Of a DNA stretch of 64,000 nt, positions 37,412 to 48,804 are shown one piece after another. Position numbers and translations under genes: made by a program. Below the pieces are notes generated by a model. It had not been told where the DNA came from, made no database searches, and worked only from the letters and a program-made list of their open reading frames with translations. This stretch comes from Mobula hypostoma (taxonomy: Eukaryota): assembly GCF_963921235.1 (NCBI RefSeq), contig NC_086108.1, forward strand, positions 8,680,001-8,744,000, in the 5' to 3' direction. Numbering within the stretch: position 1 is the stretch's first letter; every line of letters begins with the position of its first letter.

Positions 37412-40400
37412 CTGTGGAGAAAGGAGGAGGCGTCAGTGAGGTGGCCCTGTCGACTTGCTATGGGTCCCGTAGACATGTCGGGGGACTCTGTGGGTTCAAT
37501 GGGTATCCATCGCCTCACATTCACAAACATCCCTGTCTCCACTTTCCCCCTCACTCCTGAATCACTCCTCAACTCTCCCCTTAGTCCTGGATCAATCTCA
37601 CTCCTGAATCGCTCACCAACTCTTCCCTTACTCCCAGATCAATCTCACTCCTGAATCGTTCCGCAACTCTCCCCTTCTTTCCCCTTACTCCCGGATCGAT
37701 CTCACTCCTGAGTCGTTCCCCAACTCTCCCCTTACTCCCAAATCAATCTCACTCCTGAATTGCTCCCCAACTCTCCCCTTCTTTCCCCTTACACCCGGAT
37801 TGATCTCACTCCTGAATCGCTCCCCAACTCCCCCCTTACTCCCAAATCAATCTCACTCCTGAATCGCTCCCCAACTCTCCCCTTACTCCTGAATCAACCT
37901 AACTCCTGGATTGCTCCCCTCCCTCATCTCACTCTGGGATCTTTCTCCACCTCTTCTCACTCCCTGTCCCCTCCCAACTGCCAGGGCACACCCTTTCCCC
38001 TCTTCAGTTCCAGATTAATCCCCATTCTCCTCACTCCTAGATCTCGCTCTTCAGCTGCTCTGTCCTCAGTCTGGATCTCTCTTTAACTCCTATTCCAACT
38101 ACTGGATCAACCTCCACCCCCCCACATGCTCTTCTCAAATCCAGGATCACTCCACATCTTTAACCCAACTCCTTGCCCTGCCCCTTCTTCCCGCCCCACT
38201 CCCGGATCATTCTCCCTTCTGACTCTTAGTTCACTCCCCATCACCTTCCTCACTCCCAGGTCAGTTCCCGTCCCTTTCCCCAACTGCCAGACCCTTCTCT
38301 TTGTCCTACCCACTCCCGGATCACCGCCCTGTCACCACCCCCCCCCCCCCGTTCCGTCTCACCCTACTCCCTACTCCCCACCTGTCCTTGGTCTCTGCCG
38401 CTCGGTCCCTCTGCCTTCGGTTCTTGAACCAGTTGCTGACCTGGGTGGTGGTCAGTCCGGTGGCCTCCGCCAGCTCCCTCTTCTCCCGAGGGGAAGGGTA
38501 GGGGTTGTGCAGATACCAGTCCCGCAGGACACCCCGAGACTTCTCCTGGACGGTGGCAAAGAGAATTAGTTTCTCCTCACCTCAGAGATTCAACACAATA
38601 TCACCTGAATGTTAATGAGGGCTGCGAACTGTAGAAGAATACAGGCCCTTCGGCCCACCAGTTCATGCTAACCACCATGCACTCTTCCACCTTTTCTATT
38701 CGAAATGTGGTTTATTCATGGGAAATGACTCTAACTTCTGACACACTGAGCTGCGTTTTCATTCATTTCTAACGAAACTAGAATTTAGGGGGTCATAGGT
38801 GACGGGTGCAAGGTGAAATATTGGGGGGCCACTTATTTGGTAACATATTGACACAATGGGAATTCGTAAATGCAAGAGATTCTGCAGATGCTGAAAACAA
38901 AGTACAGCACAGAAACAGGCCCTTCAGCCCATCTAGTCCTTGCCAAACCATTTAATCTACCTAGTCCAATCAGCCCACATACCCTCCAAACCCCCACCAT
39001 CCAAACTTCGCTCAAACGTTGAAATCAAGCTCGCGTGCACTATCTGTGCTGGCAGCTCGTTCCACACTCTCACCACCCTCTGAGTGAAGGATCTTCCACT
39101 CATGTTCCCCTTCACCCTTAACCCATGACTTCTACAAATCCAGTAGTGTAGTGGTTAGCACAGCACCTTACGGTACCAGCAACCCGGGTGCAATTCCCGT
39201 TGCCAACCTGTAAGGAGTTCGTACATTCTCCCCATGTCAGCGAGGGTTTCCTCCGGGTGCTCTGGTTTCCTCCCACAGTCCAAAGACGTACCAGTTGGTA
39301 GGTTAATTGGTCATTGTAAGTTGTCCTCTGATTAGTTTAGTGTTAAATAGGTGGGTTGCTGGAGCAGAAGGGCATAAACCACACTGTATCTCAATAAATA
39401 CAGTGTAATGGGTAAATGCAAGAGATTCTGCAGCTGCTGGAAATAGAGCCATAGAAAATTACTCATGAAAACAGGCCTTTCGGCCCATCTAGTCTGCTCT
39501 GGATTACTTAAAATGCCTACTCCCATCAACCTGCACCGGGATCACGGCACTCCATCCCACTACCAGCCACATACCTGTCCAAACTTCTCTTAAACATTGA
39601 AATCGAGTTCTTATGTAGCACTTGCACTGGCAGCTCATTCCATATCCTCCCCAGCCTCTGTGTTTCCCTTCATGTTCCCCTTAAACTTTTCACATTTCAC
39701 CCTTAACCCTTGAGTAGTGCAGTGGAACCCATGCAGTTGTGGAACATAGAAACTTCTTACAGATTGATTCCTGGGATGGCAGGACTTTCATATGAAGAAA
39801 GACTGGATGAACTGGGCTTGTACTCGTTGGAATTTAGAAGATTGAGGGGGATCTGATTGAAACGTATAAAATCCTAAAGGGATTGGACAGGCTAGATGCA
39901 GGAAGATTGTTCCCGATGTTGGGGAAGTCCAGAACAAGGGGTCACAGTTTGAGGATAAAGGGGAAGCCTTTTAGGACCGAGATTAGGAAAAGCTTCTTCA
40001 CACAGAGAGTGGTGAATCTGTGGAATTCTCTGCCACAGGAAACAGTTGAGGCCAGTTCATTGGCTATATTTAAGAGGGAGTTAGATATGGCTCTTGTGGC
40101 TACGGGGGTCAGGGGGTATGGAGGGAAGGCTGGGGCGGGGTTCTGAGTTGGATGATCAGCCATGATCATAATAAATGGCGGTGCAGGCTCGAAGGGCCGA
40201 ATGGCCTACTCCTGCACCTATTTTCTATGTTTCTATTACAGACAGAGGCGGGAATTGAACACAGAACACTGTCTTAGGGAGTTTGTATGTTCTCCTGTGT
40301 GTTCCAGGTTTGTCCCACAGTCCTATCTCAACAAAACAGACAGACAGAAAGGTAGATAGATAGACAGAGAAAGGGAGATAAATAAATAAATATACAGACA

Positions 40401-43400
40401 GATAGATAGACAAGCAAAAGGATAGGTAGATAGACAGATAAAGAGGTAGGTAGATAGATAGATAGACAGACATATCGATAGATAGAAAGATGGATAGACA
40501 TGGATAGCTAGATAGCCAGACAAATAGATAGATAGATAGATAGATAGACAGATAGATAGATAAAGATAGAGAGAGATAGATAAACTGACTAACAAGGGTA
40601 TTGTTGGGACTTGAGGACCTGAATTGTAAGGAAAGGTTGAATCGGTTTGGACATGATTCCTTGGCAACTAAGAGAATGAGGGGAGATTTGAGGAAGGTAT
40701 ACACAATTATGAGGGGCACCTTTCAATAGTTAGGTGCCGTGTCGTATGACGTGGGCAATCTTGGTCTTTAGTGACCATGGCTGTTTTTGGCAAATTTTTC
40801 TACAGAAGTGGTTTGCCATTGCCTTCTTCTGGGCAGTGTCTTTACAAGACGGGTGACCCCCAGCTATTATCAATACTCTTCAGAGATTGTCTGCCTGGTG
40901 TCAGTGGTCACATAACCAGGACTTGTGATCTGCACCAGCTGCTCATACAACCATCCACCACCTGATCCCGTGGCTTCACGTGACCCTGATCGGGGGGGGG
41001 GGGGCTAAGCTACACCTTGCCCAAGGGTGACCTGCAGGCTAGCAGAAGAGAGGAGTGCCTTACACCTCCTTTGGTAGAGACGTATCCCAACCACACCACC
41101 CGATGACGATTATAGAGAGGGTAAATAATGGTGCATATCTAGGAATAATGGTGCATGGTTCCCTGAAGGTGGAATCTCATGTGGATAGGGTGGTGAAGAA
41201 AGCTTTTGGTATGCTGGCCTTTATAAATCAGAGCATTGAGTATAGGAGTTGGGATGTAATGTTGCAAGTGTACAAGGCATTGGTGAGGCCATATTTGGAG
41301 TATTGTGTACAGTTCTGGTCACCAAAGTATAGGAAAGATGTCAACAAAATAGAGAGAGTACAGAGAAGATTTACTAGAATGGTACCTGGGTTTCATCACC
41401 TAAGTTACAGAGAAAGGTTGAACAAGTTGGGTCTTTATTCTTTGGAGCATAGAAGGTTGAGGGGGAACTTGATAGAGGTGTTTAAAATTATGAAGGGGAT
41501 AGAGATGACGTGGATAGGCTTTTTCCATTGAGAGTGGGGGAGATTCAAACAAGAGGACATGAGTTGAGAGTTAAAGGGCAAAAGCTTAGGGGTAACATGA
41601 GGGGGAACTTCTTTACTCAGAGAGTGGTAGCTGTGTGGAACGAGCTTCCAGCAGAAGTGGTTGAGGTAGGTTCGATGTTGTCGTTTAAAGTTAAATTGGA
41701 TAGATATATGGACAGGAAAGGAATGGAGGGTTATGGGCTGAGTGCAGATCGGTGGGACTAGGTGAGAGTAAGAGATCGGCACGGACTAGAAGGCCCGGGA
41801 TGGCCTGTTCCCGTGCTGTAATTGTTATATGGTTATATGGTTAAATGCTGGCAGGCTTTTTCTACTGAGTTTGGATGAGACTAGGTGATAGGTTAAGGGT
41901 GAGAGGTGAAATATTTAAGGGGAACATGAGGGGGATCTTCTTCACTCAGAGTTGGTGAGAGTGGGGAACGAGCTGTCAGCGCGAGTGGCGGACGTGGGTT
42001 CAACTGCAACGTTTTAGAGAAGTTTGGATAGGTACATGGACGGGAGGGTTATGGAAGGCTATGGTCCCGGTGCAGGTCAATGGCAGAAAAACAGCTCGTC
42101 ACGGACTAGATGGCCCGAAGGGTCTCGATGACACCAAGCACGTTAGTATCCGTGGTCTGCTTCGCTCAGAGCCCGATTACCATGCTGAAAGCAGCGCACA
42201 GAGAATGGAGAATGCCGGAGGTCAGGCAGCATCAGTGAAACAGCCGACGGTTCAGTCCCGGACCCTTCATCGGGACCCTAAACATGGCTGTTTACTCTTC
42301 TCCATGGATGCTGCCTGACCTGCTGAGTTCCGCCAGCGTTTTGTGTGTGTTGCTCTGCATTGCCAGCCTCTGCAGAATTCCTGGTGTTTTACTTTGTTGA
42401 ATCGCCGAATGCATTGTAATCCTGTTATCCTATTGAATTTCATTTGCAGTATAATTGAAAGCGCTCGCTCTTTACCAGAACAGAGGCGGACAGTGTGAGA
42501 GGGTACGGTACCTACAGGCGGCCAGACGGACAGGGCTAGGGCGGAGACAGACGGCCAGACGCTGTGGAGGAGACGGGGGCACGGAGAAACTCCCCCGGCC
42601 CGCTTCTGTCCGACACTGACATACAGGCGCAGAGGTAGAGGAGAATCGAAACGGGGCGAATGACGAGGGGACAGGGCTCCACGCAAGAACTGGGAGAGAC
42701 GGATAGGGGGAGAGAAGAGACCCAGGGACAGGGGAGACTCCGGATCCATAGAGAACGCCTGGGAGACGTGAAGCCAAGACTAGAGGGAGGGCAGCGAGTA
42801 CCCAGACCCAGATAAACAATAGTCACCGTTAATAAACCTCAAACAAATAAATTCAATGTGTAACCTTAAAAAAAGACAATATTCTCTCACCGCCCAGCTT
42901 TGCAGGTGCCTCTATCTATAACATTATTATTTCAAAATCTCCGTTCAAATCCCGTTGCTTGGAACTTACCGGGGGACTCCGATCACAACGTCCCGTTACC
43001 CACCGAGCACCTCCCGCTGACCGGTCGCCCACTGCTGAATCCTCAGCATGAATTCCACCTCGAACCGACTCCATACCCGGTTACCAACGAGAATCAGCGA
43101 TATTAACCCCGTCCCGACGGAAGCCCACCGCAGCTCCAACCGACACAGCAAAGGCCAGTTCCCAACCCTCTCCAACACGGACTCCCAATGCAACTCCTCA
43201 ACATCCACTGTTGAGGTTTTGGGGACCTTTACAAGGACGCTACCTGGTTCGGAAGGCATGTGCTATCACGACAGGCCCGATCCGCTGGGGTTGTTTTCTT
43301 CGGAACGCCGAAGGCTGAGGGGAGATCCGATAGAGGTTTATAAGATTATGAGAGGCATAGATCGAGTGGACAGAGAGTATCTGTTTCCCAGGGTTGAAAC

Positions 43401-45183
43401 GTCTAATACCAGAGGGCATGCATTGAAGGTGTGAGACGGTAGGTTCAAAGGGGATGTGAGGGGTAAGTTTTCTACTCAGAGAGTGGTGGATGCCTGGAAT
43501 GTGCTGCCTGGTATGCTGGTAGAGGCAAATACATAAGAGGCTTTTAAGAGACATTTGGAGAGGTACATGGATGTGAGGAAGATGAAGGGATATGGACATG
43601 GTGTGGGTAGGAGGGGTTAGTGTTTGGGTGTTTTTGATTTGCTTTTTAGCTGGTTCAGCACAACACTGTGGGCCGAATGGCCCGTTCCTGTGCTGTACTG
43701 GTCTATGTTCTATGTTCTATAACCCTCTCCAAAACTGATCGAAAGCCTACCTACCCCAAGACCTAACCCGAACACCAATCCTCTCCAAAACCGGCCCCTA
43801 ATACCCTCCAACTCTCATCACTTGACCCCAGCAATCAAGCCCCTCTAAACTGACCCCAATACTTACCAACCAAATCATCTGTCTGCCACCAACCCTAGAC
43901 AAAACTGACCCCAACACTTAGCAACCAGAATTCCTGACCCAACACAAATCTTCACGCACCGCTGACCCCCTCCTGAACCTTGACCCAAGCAACACACCAC
44001 TTCCCAACACTAATTCCTCCCCACCCCACAAAAACTGATAGCCCCGACACTGACCAGTTCTCATCCCCAAACACAAACTGTGCTGGTGCAACCTCATCTT
44101 CAGACCATAAAACACAGGATCAGAATTAGGCCATTCTGTCCATCAAATCTGCTCTGCCATTCCATCACGGCTGATTTAATCTCCCTCTCAACCCCATTCT
44201 CCTGTTTTCTCCCGTAATCTTTAACGCCCTTACTAATCAAGAACCCATCAACCACGGCTTTAAATATACTCAATGATTTGGCCTCCACAGTGTCGGTGGC
44301 AATGAATTCTACCCCCCGGCGAAAACAAATCTGTTCAAAAGGGTCACGCTTCCATTCTGAGGCTGCCCCAGCCATTCCCAGACTCCCCCCAACATCCTCT
44401 CCGTCCACCCTATCGAGGCCTTTCAATATTCGATCAGTTTCGGTGAGATCCCCCCTCAATCTTCTAAACGCCGGCGAGTACGGGCCCAGAGACCTCAATC
44501 GGTCCTCATATTGACCCTTTCATTCCCGGGATCATTCTCGTGTCAATCCGTGTCATTGGGTCTCCTCCAACGTCAGCACATCCTTTCTAAGATAAGGGGC
44601 CAAAACTGCTCTCAATACTGCAAGTGCGACCTGACCAGTGCCTTCTAAAGCTCCAACAGTACATCCTTGTTTTTATACTCTCGAAATGAATGCTAACATT
44701 GCATTTACCTTCCTCACCACCGACTCAACCTGTGAGTTAACCTTCAGGGACTGCTGCTCGAGGGTCGCCGCGCCGGCGGAGCCTCACCTTGAAGCAGTAA
44801 CTCGTCTCCTCTCCATCCCAGATGGTGCGGGGCAGCGGGAACTTCCTGCGGACCCTGTACTTGCCCACGGCCCCCAGGGGCCGCCCCCTCAGCTTCTCGG
44901 CTTCGGTATAGTGCGCCTTCAGCCACAGTTGCTGCAGCTTCGGGTGGTTCTGCGCCGAGAAGTGGCAGCTCTCCAGGATCTTGTAGAGTTCTCGGAAGTT
45001 GCCCCGATGGAAGGCAACGATGGCCTTGGCCTTCAGGACGCTCTCGTTCTTCTGCAGGTGGTCGCAGGGCGGCAGGGACCACAGGAACCTGCCCAGCCTC
45101 TCAATGCTGCCTCCCTGCTGAAGTACCTCGCACACGCAAGCCACCTGCTCCTCTGTGAAGCCAAAGGAAGTGAACATAGACAT
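37132..45183 (-). CDS. six1-like: SIX1-like homeobox protein (Six1/2 subfamily, SIX domain + K50 homeodomain); 3 coding exons, join complement(44788..45183,38382..38545,37132..37411), 279 aa; possibly a divergent paralog rather than the SIX1 ortholog
   Basis: Spliced frame is 396+164+280=840 nt with no stops. Kozak GCCACCATG, SIX domain [15 protein letters not shown]...[11 protein letters not shown] with the Six1/2-diagnostic ETSY, homeodomain with WFKNRRQR, and SIX1-type C-terminus [13 protein letters not shown]. All junctions are GT-AG. Confidence 0.93.
37550..37910. repeat. 47/57-bp minisatellite in Six intron 2
   Basis: CTCACTCCTGA at 37550, 37597, 37644, 37701, 37748, 37805 and 37852. 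Confidence 0.9.
38382..38545 (-). CDS. six1-like: SIX1-like coding exon 2 (homeodomain)
   Basis: Branch-point-like CTAAT and acceptor TCTCTTTGCCACCGTCCAG|GAG. Encodes [54 protein letters not shown]; donor AG|GTGGGG. Not in the supplied ORF track; read by hand. Confidence 0.95.
39141..39400 (+). mobile_element. V-SINE/HE1-like SINE (Six intron 1)
   Basis: Homologous to 16312-16594. Confidence 0.8.
39760..40236 (+). mobile_element. CR1 3' end, same subfamily as 22393-28460
   Basis: Near-identical to 25205-25265 plus 28035-28460. Confidence 0.9.
40335..40585. repeat. (GATA)/(GACA) microsatellite
   Basis: Directly visible. Confidence 0.9.
41135..41843 (+). mobile_element. CR1 3' fragment, same subfamily as 47740-51582
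   Basis: LYKALVRP-like and YCVQFWSP motifs; (GGTTATAT)n tail. Confidence 0.9.
43235..43720 (+). mobile_element. CR1 3' fragment
   Basis: [15 protein letters not shown]; (TTCTATG)n tail. Confidence 0.85.
44103..44750 (-). mobile_element. CR1 3' fragment about 40 bp inside Six intron 1
   Basis: [22 protein letters not shown]. Confidence 0.8.
44788..45183 (-). CDS. six1-like: SIX1-like coding exon 1 (SIX domain, aa 1-132)
   Basis: [25 protein letters not shown]...[14 protein letters not shown] followed by donor AAG|GTGAGG. An in-frame upstream ATG at 45261 in weak context could add 26 aa. Confidence 0.95.
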
Positions 45184-45504
45184 GGTGGCCGTGGCCGGGG
45201 CTCGCCCGGCTCTGAAACCCTCACCTGGACTCTGTGTCTCGGTTGCAATGCCCAAACTCATCTGCTATTGGCTGCTGGTCCGCTCAATGCAGGGAGGAAG
45301 CGGGATCAAATTTTCTTCAATAATTCACCAGCGAGTCTGTGTCAGTAACAGAAACCCGATCCACAGCGCTGCGTCCTCGGGCACATCCAGCCGTTCGACG
45401 GAGCCGTCCTGAGAAGGCAATAACTACAACCTGCATTTACCTAGCAGCCCCTACGGACACCACCCGCTTAGAGTTTTACAGAAGGGTGGCCTAAGGTTAC
45501 TCGG

Positions 45505-46505
45505 TGTTCATTTAGATGATGGGATTGATGGCTTGGTGGCCAAGTTTGCCAACAATACAGAGACAGGTGGAAGGCAGGTACTATTGAGGAAGCAGGGAGG
45601 CAGCAGATTAGGAGAATGGGCAAAGAAGTGGCAGATGGTACACAATGTCGGGACCTCCATGGTCATGCACTTTGGTAGAAGTAATAAAAGCATAGACTAA
45701 ATGGAGAGAAAATTCAAAAATCTGAGGTGCAAACTACTTGGGAGTCCACGTGCAGGGTTCCCTAAAGGTTCATTTGCGGGCTGAGTTGGTGGTGAGGAAG
45801 GAGAATGCGATGTTTGTGTTCATTTTGAGAGGAGGAGAATATAAAAGCAGGGATGTGATGTTGAGGTTTTATAAAGCACTGGTGAGGCCTCACTTGGAGT
45901 ATTGAGAGCAGTTTGACCCGGATCTGGGCCGTACCCTCCAAATATCCGGACCTGCATCTCGGTTTTTTTGCACTACATTTTTCTATTTTCTATTTATGAT
46001 TTATAATTTAAATGTTTAATATTCACTATCGATTTGTAATCCAGGGAGCGGGAAGCGCAGAATCAAATATCACTATGATGATTGTACGTTCTAGTATCAA
46101 TTGTTTGGCGACAATAAAGTATAAAGTATAAAGTTTGGGGCCTCTTATCTGAGAAAGGATGTGTTGATGTTGGAGAGGATTCAGAGGAGGTTCACAAGAC
46201 TGATTCCAGAAATGAAAGGGTTATCACATGAGTGTTTGATGGCTATGGGCCCGTACTCACTGGAATTCAAAAGAATGAAGGGGGATCTCTTTGAAACCTA
46301 TCGAATGTAGAAAGGCCTAGATAGAGTGGATGTGGGAAGGATGTTTCCTATGGTGAGGGAGTCTAGGACCAGAGGCCACAGCCTCAGAATAGAAGGATAG
46401 CCTTTCAGAACAGAGATGAGGGAAAATGAATCAGCCTGGATGAAATGGTGGAGCAGATTCAATGGGCCAAATGGCCTAATTCTGCTCCTGTACCTTATGG
46501 TCTTA
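45505..46505 (+). mobile_element. Decayed CR1 RT fragment with a nested Rex-type 3' UTR (about 45915-46132)
   Basis: Homologous to 8330-9430; the nested piece is flanked by AGTTTG. Confidence 0.8.
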
Positions 46506-47239
46506 TTGTAAATGGTTCAAGTTCCTGACTTCTGAACTATCTTATCTCTTCTCTTCTCCAAACCTGTCTATCACCTCCCTCTGGTTCCCCTCCTCCTTTC
46601 TCCCATGGTCCACTCTCCTCTCCTATCAGATTCCTTCTTCTTCACTCCTTTACCTTTTTCACCTATCACCTCCCAGCTTCTTACTTCATCCCTCTCCCCT
46701 TCACCTGGTCTCACCTATCACCTGCCATCTCGTACTTCTTCCCCTCTCCCCACCTTCTTTTTCTGGCTTAACCCCCCCCCCAACACCTTCCTTTCCAGTC
46801 TTGAAGAAGAGTCTCGGAAAATAGTGACTGTTTATTCTGCTCCATAGATGCTGCCTGACCTGCTGAGTTCACCCACCATTTTGTGTGTGTGCTGCTCTGG
46901 ATTTCCAGCATGTGGAGAATCTCGTGTGTTTCTGATGAAAGGTTGTCAGTCTGGAACGTTAACACTATTTCTCTCTCCACAGACACTGCCTGACTGCACT
47001 TTCTGCACTTTCAGATTTTTAGCATCTGCAGCGTTCTGCATTGTAACTCCCTCCCTCTCTCAGCCCCACCAACCCCACCACCCTTGGAGAAATCTGTCGT
47101 CCTCCAATTCTGGCCTCTCACTCCGCTACCCATTTCCATTCTTTTTCCAGCAGCGGCCATTCCTTCATACCTGTGCCCCCACCTTTCTGCCTCTCTCCAT
47201 CCCCATCCCACCCCTTGAACCACACCTCTCCCAGCCCAG

Positions 47240-47640
47240 CATCTCCTGACGTGCCTCAGAGTCGGATTTTGTGAAGTCTTGTGGGACGTCTAGTGATGTT
47301 ACTATCACCTTTATGAAAGGAAGCCTGCCTCAGGTAACCCATCCCCCTCGTGTTGCCATGGGAACAGGGGTCTAGCAACCAGCAGGTATTGTTTCGTCAC
47401 TACTAGGGCTAAGACCTGGTTGCCAGGGGAGACCAGATCAACTTACATTTCAGGACAGAGCGGCTCCCAAATACAAAACAGCCTCCTCAAGTTTCCCTGA
47501 TACAAAGCAGCTTGAAATAGTTCGGATATAATTACCTGTGTGCAGCAAAATTATGCCGGTTGTCATGGTAACTTTGGAGGTGACGCTGGGCTCTTCCTGC
47601 ACACGACCTCGCCGGGTCATCGCAAAAGGCTTCATAAGGC
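47240..47640. promoter_or_regulatory. Non-repetitive island with clustered RFX X-boxes; candidate promoter or 5' UTR exon region upstream of the Six gene
   Basis: GTTGCCATGGGAAC 47352-47365, CTAGCAAC 47372-47379, GTTGCCAGGGGAGAC 47419-47433, GTTGTCATGGTAAC 47559-47572, TGACGT near 47246. Minus-strand donors at 47447|GTAAGT and 47536|GTAATT. Confidence 0.55.
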
Positions 47641-48804
47641 ATTGTACTCGCTAGAGTTGAGAAGAATGAGGGGGGAATCTCATTGAAACCTATAGAATAT
47701 TGAAAGGCCTGGATAGAGTGGATGTGGGGAGGACATTTCATATACAACCATATAACCATATAACAATTACAGCACAGAAACAGGCCATCCCGGCCCTTCT
47801 AGTCCGTGCCGAACTCTTACTCTCACCTAGTCCCGCCAACCTGCACTCAGCCCATAACCTTCCATTCCTTTCCTGTCCATATAGCTGTCCAATTTAACTT
47901 TGAACGTCAACATCGAACCTGCCTTAACCACTTCTGCTGGAAGCTCGTTCCACACAGCCACCACTCTCTGAGTAAAGAAGTTCCCCCTCACGTTACCTGT
48001 AAACTTTTGTCCTTTAACTCTCAACTCATGTCCTCTTGTTTGAATCTCCCCCATTCTCCATGGAAAAAGCCTATCCATGTCAACTCTATTAATCCCCCTC
48101 ATAATTTTAAATACCTCTATCAAGTCCATCCCCCCTCAACCTTCTACGCTCCAAAGAATAAAGACCCAACTTGTTCAACCTTTCTCTGTAACTTAGGTGA
48201 TGAAACCCAGGTAACATTCTAGTAAATCTTCTCTGTACTCTCTCTCTATTTTGTTGACATCTTTCCTATAATTCGGTGACCAAAACTGTACACAATACTC
48301 CAAATTTGGCCTCACCAATGCCTTGTACAATTTCAACATTACATCCCAACTCCTATACTCAATGCTCTGATTTATAAAGGCCAGCATACCAAAAGCTTTC
48401 TTCACCACCCTATCCACATGAGATTTCACCTTCAGGGAACTATGCACCATTATTCCTAGATCCCTCTGTTCTACTGCATTCTTCAATGCCCTACCATTTA
48501 CCATGTATGTTCTGTTTTGATTAGTCCTACCAAAATGTAGCACCTCACATTTTTCAGCATTAAACTCCATCTGCCATCTTTCAGCCCACTCTTCTAACTG
48601 GCCTAAATCTCTCTGCAAGCTTTGAAAACCTACTTCATTATCCACAACTCCACCTATCTTAGTATCATCTGCATACTTACTCATCCAATTTACCACCCCA
48701 TCGTCCAGATCATTAATGTATATGGCAAATAACATTGGACCCAGTACAGATCCCTGAGGCACACCACTAGTCACCGGCCTCCAATCTGACAAACTGTTAT
48801 CCAC

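Noticed and set aside
44638..45348. 236-aa plus-strand ORF
   Set aside because: Antisense shadow of the GC-rich Six exon 1 extending into a CR1 fragment.
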